Assembly: GCA_035933635.1 (NCBI GenBank)
Contig: DASYYY010000022.1
Coordinates: 130,417-194,416, forward strand
Length of the DNA stretch: 64,000 nt
Reading direction: 5' to 3'
DNA from: Thermoplasmata archaeon
GTDB taxonomy: Archaea; Thermoplasmatota; Thermoplasmata; Lutacidiplasmatales; UBA184
A program made the translations under genes and the position numbers. Below are positions 27,079 to 37,400 of this stretch, piece after piece. Positions within the stretch are counted from its first letter, which is position 1. Each line of letters opens with the position of its first letter. The notes beneath the pieces were generated by a model. The model had not been told where the DNA came from. It ran no database searches and worked only from the letters and a program-made list of their open reading frames with translations.

Positions 27079-28329
27079 CTACGTGCGAACACCAAGAACG
27101 TGGTCGACCAGGGCCTGCGGGTCCGCCATCGGGTTGGCGACTACGCATCGGAGCCAGTGGAGCCCGCCGATCGGAACGGTCGAGAGGTAGGAACCTCGGA
27201 CCGCTGCGGCGACCCTGCGCGAGCCCATGTCCCGCCGTCGCCACAGGACGATACCCGCTGTCGGGGACCGCCAGAGCTCCAACTTCGGCGACGCACCGAC
27301 GAGGATTCCGAGTCGCTCCGAGATCGCCATGCAACGCTCAACGCGGGCGGCCAGACCGGATCGGCCCCAGGCCAGCAGCGTGGCGAGCAACGGACCGGCG
27401 GAACCGCCGTGTGAACCCAGCACGCCGACGTGGGGGGCGGAGAGGTAGGGGGCCTCGAACGAGAGCGCCCGATGCGCGGTGCGGGCGTCGCGGAACAGGA
27501 CCACGGCCGAGTCCTTGGGTTGGAACAACCACTTGTGACCGGAGAATCCGACCGAGTCGGCCCCCTCGATGCCCGTCAGTCGCGCTCGATACTGTTGCCC
27601 GAATCTCAACGGCCCCGCCCACGCCGCGTCCACATGGACCCACGCCGCCCGGGTCTCGAGTCGGAGGGGATCGATCGCACCCACCGCCGTGGTGCCCGCG
27701 GTCAGGACGAGCGCCGCGGAACGTAGGTTCGGGAGGGCGGCAGGATCGAGGCGTTGATCCGGCCCGACAGGGACCGCACGGAACTCCAAGCCCAAGATCC
27801 GGGCCGCCTTGCGCACGCTGAAATGTGCCGCCTCGGAGGCGACCACCCTGCGAATCCCCCGCAGCTCCCGCGCGGCCCAGAGGGCGGTCAGGTTCGCGAC
27901 GCTCGATCCCGGGACCATGTGCCCGCCGTCCATCCGGAAATAGGGAGCGAGCCATTCGACGACCCGGCGTTCGACCGGTCCGGCCGCGGGGGAGAGCTCC
28001 GGATGGAGCAAGTTCTGATTGAGCGCCGCCGTCCAGGCCTGGACGGCCCAGGTGATCCAGGGTGTGGGCGGGTCCATGTGGGCCAGCATGCCAGGATCAT
28101 CGAGCGGCAGGGCACCGCCGACCACGAGCGGCGCGAGCCTCTCGAGCGTCCTCTCCGGACCGAGCCCGCGTTCCGGGAGCTCGGAGGGGATCCACGCGGG
28201 GAGGCGCGGCGTCGCAGAGCGGGTTCGCAGCCGACGTCGCGGCAGCTGCTCGCCGAGGAGCTCGATGGCCCGGACGAGTCCGCGTTTGTCGAAGACGAAG
28301 TCGGGGTCCTGCACGGCGCGGCCGAGCAA
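27079..28329 (-). CDS. PLP-dependent group II amino-acid decarboxylase (MfnA-like tyrosine/aspartate decarboxylase)
   Basis: 416 aa. PLP-lysine motif SVGFSGHKWLFQPKDSAVVLF and group II decarboxylase fold. Confidence 0.85.
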   Translation of the reverse strand: MLGRAVQDPDFVFDKRGLVRAIELLGEQLPRRRLRTRSATPRLPAWIPSELPERGLGPERTLERLAPLVVGGALPLDDPGMLAHMDPPTPWITWAVQAWTAALNQNLLHPELSPAAGPVERRVVEWLAPYFRMDGGHMVPGSSVANLTALWAARELRGIRRVVASEAAHFSVRKAARILGLEFRAVPVGPDQRLDPAALPNLRSAALVLTAGTTAVGAIDPLRLETRAAWVHVDAAWAGPLRFGQQYRARLTGIEGADSVGFSGHKWLFQPKDSAVVLFRDARTAHRALSFEAPYLSAPHVGVLGSHGGSAGPLLATLLAWGRSGLAARVERCMAISERLGILVGASPKLELWRSPTAGIVLWRRRDMGSRRVAAAVRGSYLSTVPIGGLHWLRCVVANPMADPQALVDHVLGVRT

Positions 28330-28416
28330 CCCCCCCTCAAAACGGGACGCCGCCCCGACCGGGAGTCGGCCCCGGCACCGAGCTCCTTCGGCCCCGCGGG
28401 GGAGACTGCGACGCCG

Positions 28417-29640
28417 TCAGCGCGTGGCGGGAGTCGGGTAGGCGGTCGCCGCGCGATCCTCCGGAAGCTCTCCGGTGAACAGCTCCCGCGCCGTTGCCGT
28501 CGAACGGAACGCTGGGAAGGCGCGGAGGGCGGCGACGGAGCCGAGGGCCAGGATGACCACGGCGGAGATGAACAAAGAGTACCATCCGGGCGTGATCAGG
28601 CCGAGGCCCAAGGTGAGGGTCAGGATCACGGTCGCACTGGTCAGCCGGGTGTTCATCAGCACCGACACGGGCCCGGCCCGTTGCGGACCGAACAGCGCGC
28701 GCGCCGCCGGGTAGATCGCCGCCAACTTCAGGAGACTCGCGACGGCCACGATGGCGAGCAAAAGGACCAGGTTCGCCTCCACGAACCCGAGCTGGACCCT
28801 GAGACCCACCGCCAGGAAGTAGAGGGGGACGAAGATGGCGAACGCGATCTGACGGATGTTGGTCACGAACCGGTCGCGGGCGAACTCCGAGAAGATCAAT
28901 CCCATCAGGAAGACGAACAGGATCCCCGGGACCCCCACGAGCGAGGACAGCAGTGCGAGCACGGCGAGGGAGAAGAACAGCGATCGGGCACTCACGTTTG
29001 AGAAACCGACCCGCGAGGAGCTCGCGCCCACCGCCTTCGACAATCGCGGAAGGAAGATCGCCGCGAGCGCGAGCGCCGCCAACACCCCGAGGGTGAACAG
29101 GAACCCCGGGGTCGTCAGAAAGGTCGTCGAGGTGATCGTCAGGTCCTCGGTCAGGTTGACCGCGAGGGTGGCCGCAAGGATGAGCCGCCCGAACGGCAGC
29201 TCGGCCAGCTCGTACTGCTGGAGCGTCGTGTAGACGATCGAGATCGAAGTGTCCGCAAGCGCCGTCGCGCCGACGACGCAGACGATCAGAGGGGCGTGGG
29301 CGGCGTAGTAGAGCAGCAGGAAGAGCCCACCGAACGGGACGAGGAACCCACCGAGCCCGAGCGTGAAGGCCTCGCGGAGGTGGGCTCGAAGGAATCCGAA
29401 ATTCGTCTCGAGGCCCGCCAGGAAGACGATCAGCAGGCTGCCGAACGTCAGCAGCGAATCGGCGCCGGTCGGGATCGAAAAGGCGAACAGCGTGACGAGC
29501 CCGATACCGGCCAGGATCTCGAGTGCCGTGATGGGCAGTTTGGTCCATCGCGCCGCCAGCGCGGTGACCACCACTGTCCCGAAGACCACGACCAGGTCGA
29601 GATCGAGGGTGTTGAGGCCCGCCACGTCGGTGGATTCCAA
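28417..29640 (-). CDS. cation:proton antiporter (CPA family, NhaP/Kef-like)
   Basis: 407-aa real part of track ORF 28417..29925. About 11-12 TM helices typical of Na+/H+ exchangers. TTG start inferred (alternative GTG at 29625). N-terminal 95 aa of the track ORF is junk. Confidence 0.8.
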   Translation of the reverse strand: MESTDVAGLNTLDLDLVVVFGTVVVTALAARWTKLPITALEILAGIGLVTLFAFSIPTGADSLLTFGSLLIVFLAGLETNFGFLRAHLREAFTLGLGGFLVPFGGLFLLLYYAAHAPLIVCVVGATALADTSISIVYTTLQQYELAELPFGRLILAATLAVNLTEDLTITSTTFLTTPGFLFTLGVLAALALAAIFLPRLSKAVGASSSRVGFSNVSARSLFFSLAVLALLSSLVGVPGILFVFLMGLIFSEFARDRFVTNIRQIAFAIFVPLYFLAVGLRVQLGFVEANLVLLLAIVAVASLLKLAAIYPAARALFGPQRAGPVSVLMNTRLTSATVILTLTLGLGLITPGWYSLFISAVVILALGSVAALRAFPAFRSTATARELFTGELPEDRAATAYPTPATR

Positions 29641-30032
29641 CTTCCGCTGTATCTTTCTTGCCCCCGAGTCGGTTTCCGGGCATAGGAACGGTTCATCTCG
29701 GGTCGCGGCACCTCGGCACTCCGACCGGACGGAACAATCCGGGAATCCATGGTGAGGGACTCCTTCGGGTCGGACTCTCGATGGCCGACCGCCGACGAAT
29801 CGGTGGTGACCGCCGGGATCCCGCGCCTCGCCCCCCCGACCCGAGTACGATCCGCGCGGGGCGCCGGCGGAAAAGGGCAATCGACCCGCCGGTTCCGATG
29901 GGCGAACACGGGGTGCGCGCGGCAACGCGGCGCCCAGAAGGGTCGGGGCGTACGGCCTACCAGTGTCCGCCTACCCCTCTCTCGGCTCCGCCGGAACGCC
30001 CACGACGGAAAACCCCCCCTGGATTCGGGAGG

Positions 30033-30039
30033 TTTATGA
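30033..30039 (+). promoter_or_regulatory. TATA-like box for the giant surface protein gene
   Basis: GGTTTATGAA 25-31 nt upstream of the ATG at 30064. Confidence 0.4.
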
Positions 30040-30063
30040 ACGGGGTCTCAGTTCAACGCGGGC

Positions 30064-33000
30064 ATGCCGCCCAGGGGGTGGGCCGCACGCTCCACCCCGG
30101 AGACCCGGTGGGGCGGGTCCGCGCTATGGGTAGGGTCCTGCCTGCTACTCCTGTTGCTCTCTGGGCTCACGGTCGGATCGGGCCACCTCCCCGGGCCCGC
30201 AGCTCCCCGTTCGGGCCACGGGCCGGTCTCACGGCTCGCCCGGGAGCCCGGAGCAGCCCCCCTAGGGGGGCTCACCGGGACTTTCTTCGTCAACACAACC
30301 TCTGTGCAAACCGTTCCGGCGGCCAACCGTCCCTGCCTCAAATTCGGGACCCAGCGGTACTGCTTTGACGGCCAGACCTCGCCTTCCCTCCTCCGACTCC
30401 GGAACGGCGGGATCGCCGCCGTCTTCCAACTCTTCACCAACGAAACCAACCTGACTTGCGCCGGCGCGTCGAGCCAGACGGTCTCCCGGATCGGCATATC
30501 GTTCTCCACGGACGGTGGGATCACCTTCGGCTCCGCACGTCTCGTGGCGGGGAGCTCGGGCCGAGTCTGCCCGTACTTCCAGCAGATCGAGCCGGCGTTC
30601 ACCACCGATGGACCCGGCCACCTGGTGGGGGCCTACATTGGGGCGAACGCGACGGCCAGCTACCTCCTGCCGGGGGGGTCGCCGTACGCGGGAGCGATCG
30701 ACAACTACGGTGTGCGGCGCTCCGACGCGCTGATTTTCGTCCGGTCGACGAACGACGGTGCGACGTTCTCCGCAGGAACGATCCTCGTTGCGGGCGGCAA
30801 TCTCGCCCGACCCGCGGTCGTCGCCTCCGGAACGACGATCTACCTCGCCTACGAGGACATCGCCAACGGCACCACGCCCCTGCCCGGCAGCACCACGGTG
30901 GGCCACAACGCCTCCTACCCCGTGGCGATCCACCTGCTCGTCTCGACCGATGACGGGTCGAGCTGGCACGGCCCGTACCTGATGCCGGGGGAGAACTCCT
31001 CGGAGTCCAACAGCACCTTCTCGCCCTCGCTGGCGGTCAACGCCACCGGCGCGCTCGCCGTCGCCTACGCGACCGATCGTTCCTGCATCGCCTACTGCGC
31101 GGTGGTGTCGGACTCGGTCTACGGCGAGGACATCGTGACCTCGGTCTCCACGACGAACGGGACGGGCTGGTCGCCGTTGCGGACGGTGGCGCGCCAGGTC
31201 GCCGAGCCCGGCTACGACGGCTATTCCACCGCGCTCGGGGTGCCGTTCTACTACGTCTGGGAGCTCGTCCCGACCACCTCCGTCCAGTTCGGCCCCCTAC
31301 CCGGGGAGCTGTACGCCGCTTGGAACGGTGCGGTGAACCTGAGCACCCGGAACTACTGCTACTACTCGGCCTACCTGTGCGACTACGACGATTCCGAGGT
31401 GTTCGCGGCCGCCTCGGTCGACGACGGTGCGCACTGGGCGGTAGGTCCGGCGAGTCCCGGTGCGAAGTTCGCCACCGAGCAGGATCCCGGGGCGACCGAC
31501 CTGATGGCCTACTATGCGCCCACGCTCGGTGTGCATGGGGGCACGGTCTACCTCGCGTTCTCCGAGCGCAACGACACCTACTACCTGTGGAACAAGTGCG
31601 GGTACAACTTCCCGCTCACCGGGCGTTCCGCCGCCGGATCGTACTCGTCCTGGCTCGTGCAATCCCCCGACGGGGTGGCTTGGGGGTTCCCTCGACTGCT
31701 TTCGATCGAGTACGGCAGCGGTGGGACCGCCTACTACGAGTACCTCGGAACGGGCGGCGCCGTCTCGTTCGATGCCTCGGGGGCGCCCGTGGTCGCCGAA
31801 ACGGTGCCCCTGGGCGACGTCAGCTCGGCCGGGACCTACCTCGTCGAGACGAACCTGTCGATCGCGCGGCCCGAAACGGGCGGCCCGACGGTCAACCTCA
31901 CCGTCGCCGAGTCGGGAGTTCCGGACGGGGCGCGGTGGTCCGTGGTCGTGGACGGCAACCTCTTCAGCACCACCGGGCGGAACCTGACGATCGTCGGCGT
32001 CCCGCGGGGCGTCAGCGAGTTCGTCCAGCCCGCCGCGTCCGACCCGACCCTCGGCTTCCAGATCCTGCGGGTCGCGGAGGTGATGCCGGGGATCGTCAGC
32101 TACCGTTCCCCGCAGAACCTCTACGCCTTCACCGCCGTCACGCTCGCGGGTTTGGACCTGCGGATCGAGCCGCCGGACGTCCCGTACTTCGACTTCCTGC
32201 TCGACGACTCGAACACCACCTCCGGCGACATCCTGGCGAACTACTACCTGGAGACGATCACCATGGCCCTGTCCGGCCGGATCACCTATCTCCACGAGGG
32301 GTGCCCGGGAGTTTGGTACGTTCCCCTCGGTGCCTCGTTCACCGTCAACAGCGGAGCCTCCGGCAGCGGGGTCCTGTCCACCTTCTCCGACGACGTCAAC
32401 TCGCTCTGGACCGGTTCCGGCAACGGCAGCTACACCGGCTACGGCCCGAAGTTCCCGCTGACGATGGGCTCGGCCCTCAACGAGACCTTCACCATGCTGT
32501 CGACCTCGGCGAACTCCTCGGTGACCTTCTCGGCGACCGACCTGCCGAGCGGGTCGAACTTTTCGCTGACCTTGAACGGCACGCGCTACACCGCCGCTCC
32601 GGGGGAGAACCTCTCGATCGGGGGACTGGGGTGGGGCACCTTCTGGCTGACCGACGTCACCGCCCCGGGCAACCAAACCGGCTGGGGATACTTCGGCGCG
32701 TCCTCCGTGGGCAACCCCGTCGTAGTCCCGTACAATCCGGTCGTCAACCTGAGCTTCGCCTACGTCGATCTGGCCCGTCCGGCCGGGACGGTCCACCTGC
32801 ATGCGCTCAATCTCACCCCGGGCACCGTCTGGCAGCTCGCGTTCAACGGGACGGTCTACAGTTCCGCCACCGCGTGGATCAACCTCACCACTCGGCCGGG
32901 TGACTATCCGCTCACCGCCTACCCGGTGGTCTCCTCGGCCGGGGGGAACGCATCGTACGCTCCGGGCGAGCTGCCCGCCGAGCTCACGGTGCGGCCCGGA

Positions 33001-34482
33001 GGGACCTACCCCGTCAGCTACACCCCCGCCTACGGGGTCGAGTTCCTGGGGAGTATCGGCGGAAGCCTGTCCACCTCGGGTACCTCCTGGGAAGCCCCCG
33101 GCGCCCAACTCCGGGTCACCGCACATCCTGCGGACGGGTTCGCCTGGGGGGGATGGACCGGCACGGGTCCGGGGTCCTACTCAGGCAACGAACTCACCGC
33201 CAACGTCACCGCCGATGGGCCGATCGTCGAATCGGCGAGCTTCGTTCCCCTCCCGGCGAACCGGTACGACCTCGTGGTCAACGAGAGCGGCGTGCCGAAC
33301 GGCACCCTGTGGACCGTCTACCTGGACGGGATCGGGTACTCGAGCACGGGCAGCCAGCTCGTCGTCCCCGAGCTGTACTCCTGCCGGAGCGACCCCGTCG
33401 ACGGAACCTACGCCGTCACCGTCCCCTATGCCTATTCCAGTGCAACGGGAAACTTGACCCGCTACGTTCCCGGGCGATACCCGGACGCCGCGTGCGGGGG
33501 CGGCTCATTGACCCTGAGCTTCGCGACCGAGTTCCACCTGGAGCTGACCTCCAGCACGGGAGGCACCGTCTCGGCGTCGTCCGGGACCCAGTTCGGCACG
33601 GGATCGGGTTGGTTCACGGCCAACAGCTCCGTCGAGCTCGCCGCCTACCCGGACAACGGCTACCGCTTCCTGGGTTGGAACGGCACCGGCCTCGGAAGCT
33701 ACACCGGTACGGCCCGAGGTCCGGGGGTCGTCATGGGCGCGCCGATCGCCGAGGTGGCCTCCTTCGAGCGTGAGGTGCTCCCGGGCCCCGAGCTCGTCTG
33801 GGCGGTCTTCGCACCTCGGACGCCCTTCCCGGCCGGGACCTCGTGGACCCTGACGATCGGCACCACGAACTACTCCTCGACCGGGGCACCGATCAACGTC
33901 ACCGGACTCGTCGCCGGCCAGGCCTATCGGGTCGGGCTGTCCGATGCCCTCTCGCCGGATGGTCTGGTGCGGTATGTGCCGGTCACACCGCAGTTCCCGC
34001 TGCGCCCGCTGAAGAACGGCTCCGACCCGCTGGATTTCGTCGGTTCCGCGTGGGTGCGGGTGGCGGTGATCGGGCCGGGCTTGGCGACTCCGGCCCCCGG
34101 CTGGTACGGGCTCGGGAGCGCGGTGGTCCTCAACGCGACGCCGGGTCCATCGGCCGTCTTCTTGGGATGGGTCGGCTCCGGCCCGGGCAACTACACGGGA
34201 AACGATTCCGCGCCGACCGTCCACCCTTCCGGGGCGATCGAGGAGATCGCGGAGTTCCGGGCACTCTCGCCGCGAGTCGTCCCCGTGACGAGCCCGTGGA
34301 CCGATCCGCGGGTCGTGATCGGACTCGGCTCCGCCGGACTCGCCGCGGGGATCGGGGCCGGGGTCGTGCTCGCGCGGGGTCGCTTCGGACGGGGCGGCAC
34401 GGCCGGCGCCCGAGAGTCCCCGCCCGAGGCCGAATGGGACCGGGCGACGGGCGAACCGGAAGCCGAGGGGGGACCGCCGTGA
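30064..34482 (+). CDS. giant membrane-anchored surface glycoprotein: signal peptide, BNR/Asp-box propeller, multiple InlB-B-like repeats, C-terminal TM
   Basis: 1472 aa. Signal ALWVGSCLLLLLLSGLTVGSG. Five Asp boxes (STDGGITF, STNDGATF, STDDGSSW, SVDDGAHW, QSPDGVAW). Repeats carry the GY-F-GW-G-G-GSY-G signature (GFAWGGWTGTGPGSYSG, GYRFLGWNGTGLGSYTG, LGWVGSGPGNYTG). Many N-x-S/T sequons. C-terminal TM VVIGLGSAGLAAGIGAGVVLA plus short tail. Confidence 0.9.
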   Translation: MPPRGWAARSTPETRWGGSALWVGSCLLLLLLSGLTVGSGHLPGPAAPRSGHGPVSRLAREPGAAPLGGLTGTFFVNTTSVQTVPAANRPCLKFGTQRYCFDGQTSPSLLRLRNGGIAAVFQLFTNETNLTCAGASSQTVSRIGISFSTDGGITFGSARLVAGSSGRVCPYFQQIEPAFTTDGPGHLVGAYIGANATASYLLPGGSPYAGAIDNYGVRRSDALIFVRSTNDGATFSAGTILVAGGNLARPAVVASGTTIYLAYEDIANGTTPLPGSTTVGHNASYPVAIHLLVSTDDGSSWHGPYLMPGENSSESNSTFSPSLAVNATGALAVAYATDRSCIAYCAVVSDSVYGEDIVTSVSTTNGTGWSPLRTVARQVAEPGYDGYSTALGVPFYYVWELVPTTSVQFGPLPGELYAAWNGAVNLSTRNYCYYSAYLCDYDDSEVFAAASVDDGAHWAVGPASPGAKFATEQDPGATDLMAYYAPTLGVHGGTVYLAFSERNDTYYLWNKCGYNFPLTGRSAAGSYSSWLVQSPDGVAWGFPRLLSIEYGSGGTAYYEYLGTGGAVSFDASGAPVVAETVPLGDVSSAGTYLVETNLSIARPETGGPTVNLTVAESGVPDGARWSVVVDGNLFSTTGRNLTIVGVPRGVSEFVQPAASDPTLGFQILRVAEVMPGIVSYRSPQNLYAFTAVTLAGLDLRIEPPDVPYFDFLLDDSNTTSGDILANYYLETITMALSGRITYLHEGCPGVWYVPLGASFTVNSGASGSGVLSTFSDDVNSLWTGSGNGSYTGYGPKFPLTMGSALNETFTMLSTSANSSVTFSATDLPSGSNFSLTLNGTRYTAAPGENLSIGGLGWGTFWLTDVTAPGNQTGWGYFGASSVGNPVVVPYNPVVNLSFAYVDLARPAGTVHLHALNLTPGTVWQLAFNGTVYSSATAWINLTTRPGDYPLTAYPVVSSAGGNASYAPGELPAELTVRPGGTYPVSYTPAYGVEFLGSIGGSLSTSGTSWEAPGAQLRVTAHPADGFAWGGWTGTGPGSYSGNELTANVTADGPIVESASFVPLPANRYDLVVNESGVPNGTLWTVYLDGIGYSSTGSQLVVPELYSCRSDPVDGTYAVTVPYAYSSATGNLTRYVPGRYPDAACGGGSLTLSFATEFHLELTSSTGGTVSASSGTQFGTGSGWFTANSSVELAAYPDNGYRFLGWNGTGLGSYTGTARGPGVVMGAPIAEVASFEREVLPGPELVWAVFAPRTPFPAGTSWTLTIGTTNYSSTGAPINVTGLVAGQAYRVGLSDALSPDGLVRYVPVTPQFPLRPLKNGSDPLDFVGSAWVRVAVIGPGLATPAPGWYGLGSAVVLNATPGPSAVFLGWVGSGPGNYTGNDSAPTVHPSGAIEEIAEFRALSPRVVPVTSPWTDPRVVIGLGSAGLAAGIGAGVVLARGRFGRGGTAGARESPPEAEWDRATGEPEAEGGPP

Positions 34483-37400
34483 GCGACACCCCCGCCTCGC
34501 CCTCGGGTCGCAACCCCGCCCGCGGGTGGGCCGGCGCGGGGCTCCATCCGCTCACCCGCCGAACGCTGGTCGTGGCGGTCCTCGTCGCGCTCGCGCTTCC
34601 TGCCGTCCTCGCGATCTCGTCGGTGGGATGGCCGCCGGCTCCGCACGCGGGCTCGATCGTCCTGGTCCGGGGACTCCCGCACGCCTCGGAAGCAACCGCC
34701 ACCGGGGGGGCGATCGACTGGGGGCAGGCCCGTACCCCGACCACGGCGGCCGGCACCGCCCCGGGGGCGAGCTCCGGGCCCGGCCGGTTCTTCGACACCG
34801 TCCCGGTCCCGCTCCCGGGAACCGGGATCCAATCCTGCTACCGAACGGTGCCCCAATCGGGGAGTTGCGATCCGGTCAACGACACGATGGGCCCGCAGTT
34901 GAACCTGACCAGCCGGGGCCGGATCGGGCTCGTGTACACCGCCTTCACCAACGCCTCCTCGTGCGGCAAGGTGCATCGGCGCTACACCGAGACGCTGATC
35001 GGATTCACGACCTCGCGCGATGGGGTGACCTGGGCCGCGCCGCAGTACCTGGGCGGGACCCGGTGCGACACCGTGAACGCGGCCGCGTTCCCCTCGGCGT
35101 GGCAGCCCACGCTCACGTCCCTCGGCAACGGCACCTTCGTCCTGGCCTACGTCGCCTACAACCTGTCGAGCGGGTTCGCTCCGGACCTCTACGCCACCCG
35201 CGACTGCTCGACCTCGAGCTCCTGCATCTACGAGAGCAACGTCCTGACCTCGGAACTGGTCGTCGAAGAGAGCTACGACAACGGGTCGCACTGGACGACC
35301 CCGACGGTGCTCAACGGCTCGGCGTTCCCGAACGCGGTCCCCTTGGAAGGATGGCTCCCCTGGCATCCGTCGATCACCGCCTGGGGCCGGACGATCTACC
35401 TGTCGTGGTCGAACATCACCAGCGAGCCGGACATCGAGCGCTCGGCCGGCCAGGTCGTCGCGGGCGGCTCCGGCCAGGTCCACCTCGTCGTCTCGGCGGA
35501 CGGGGGGGCGACCTGGGGGTCGCCGTGGGACCTGCCCGTGCGCGACGGACCGAGGTCGTACTTCGCCACGAATCCCGATGTGCTGGCCCTTCCAAGCGGT
35601 GAGATCGAGCTGGCCTATGTCACCAATCTGACCTATGGGCCCGCGACCTGCTGTGCCGCCCGGTACACCTACACGACCTTCCATGTCGACGTGGTCGTGG
35701 CGACGGTGATCGCCAACGGCTCCCGGTTCAACGTCCGCACGGTCGCGGCCTCGGTCCCGATCTACGGCGGACCGGCCTCGCCGCACCCGCACTGGTACTA
35801 CGAGCTCGACCCGGCCCCCCAACTGGCCTACGGGGCCGCCTCGAACGAGGTGTTCGCCACGTGGTCGGCGCTCGTGCCCGGGCTCGCCTGCACCGTCGCC
35901 TCCAGCGCGCCGTCCGCCTGCCAGTTCGACTACAACGAGAGCCAAGTATTCGTCGCCCACGGCCCCGTGCTCGGACGGTCGTGGGCGGTGGCCGAGGTCG
36001 GACCGATCGCCAACGTCGGCAACGACACCGAGCTCGCGAACTTCGACCAGGGGGTCTCCCAGCACTTCCTGCCCTCCCTCGCCGTCGGGAGCTCCGGCAC
36101 CGTGGTCCTCCAGGCGCTCGTGGTCAACGATTCGGTGTGCGGGACCTACTTCGCGCCCTACCCCGTGGCCTCCACGGCCTGCGGAGCGCCGGTCGAGGTG
36201 ACGACCTCCAGCCGGGACAACGGGTCGACCTGGTCGGCACCGGTCGATCTCGCCTGGGAGCCGACCCTCTTCGCGGGCGACCTTCCCGACGGGATGTCGA
36301 GCGCGACGCTCGCCTACGGCGACCGCGTCGTCCTGGCCTGGACCCACGGCTCGTGCCCGGTGTGGAACTCGACGACGGTCCCCTACACCGACTGCGAGTG
36401 GGGATCGCATCCGATGCGCGCCTCGGCGCAGGTGGAGGTCTCGACGCCGTACCTCGGCGCCGGGGTGACCGTCACATTCCATGCCTCCGGCGTCCCCGCG
36501 GGCAAGAGCTGGGCGGTCGACCTGCTCGGCAACTACCGCGTCGGTCCTGGCGCGTCGCTGACGATCGGCGGGGTGCCCGCGAACGCGTGGATGGGCTGGG
36601 GCCTGTCGATGCCGTCGTTCGGATACGGCGCGCGGTTCACCGCCGCCGGCTCGATCCCCTCCCCCGAACAGTTCCGGAGCAGCACGACCGTCGACGAGAA
36701 CTTCTCGGTGAGCTATCTGCTGAACCTCGTCTCCGACCCGAGCTATCCGCAGGCACCGCCCGGCGCCGGGTGCACGATGGCGATCACGTGGGACGATCCC
36801 GAATGCGCCCACCTCGACTACAACCTCACGCCCGGCGTGGAGTCGGTCTGGTTGCCCCCGGCCACGGTCGTGCCGCTCGATGTCACGCCGAACCCCACCT
36901 ACTGCACCGGCGCCGCCTGCATCTTCTACGAGGCCAACCTCTCGTTCCTCTCCTGGACCGGTAGCGGGGCGGGGAGCGCGAACACCTCCTCCAACCGGAG
37001 CGCGCTCGTCCTGCAGGGGCCGGTCAACGAGACGGCGAACTTCGAGGTCCTCGGCTGGTGCTACTTCTTCTACTACAACACACCGCAGAACACCTGCGTC
37101 GCCTCCAACGCGTCGATCGACTTCGCCGAGCACGGGCTGCCGGCGGGCACCCCGTGGGGGGTGTCGACGTGGGGTCCGGCCGAGGCGGCCGGTCCTCCCG
37201 GAGCGAACTTCACGAACGGTCCGGCCCTGGCCGTGGGCGGGAACGTCACCCTCGGGGAGACCTACTACGCCCCGTGGTCCGTCGACGTCGGTGGGGCACG
37301 CTTCGTCGGTTCGGGCGTTCCGGAATCCCCCGTCGCCTTGCCCGGTCAGGCCGCGGTGACGGTCAATTACACCAGGGCCACCGGACCGACGAACGATACC

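Noticed and set aside
26794-27414. 206-aa plus-strand ORF antisense to the PLP decarboxylase, downstream of the CCATATGG motif
   Set aside because: Arg/Pro-rich and overlaps the conserved decarboxylase N-terminus. Kept only as a possible antisense transcript in the findings, not as a CDS.
31297-33126. 609-aa minus-strand ORF inside the first giant surface-protein gene (and similar long antisense ORFs 34191..37799, 38463..39653)
   Set aside because: Gly/Arg/Asp-rich antisense frames of the repeat-encoding region. The sense frame carries coherent BNR and repeat signatures.
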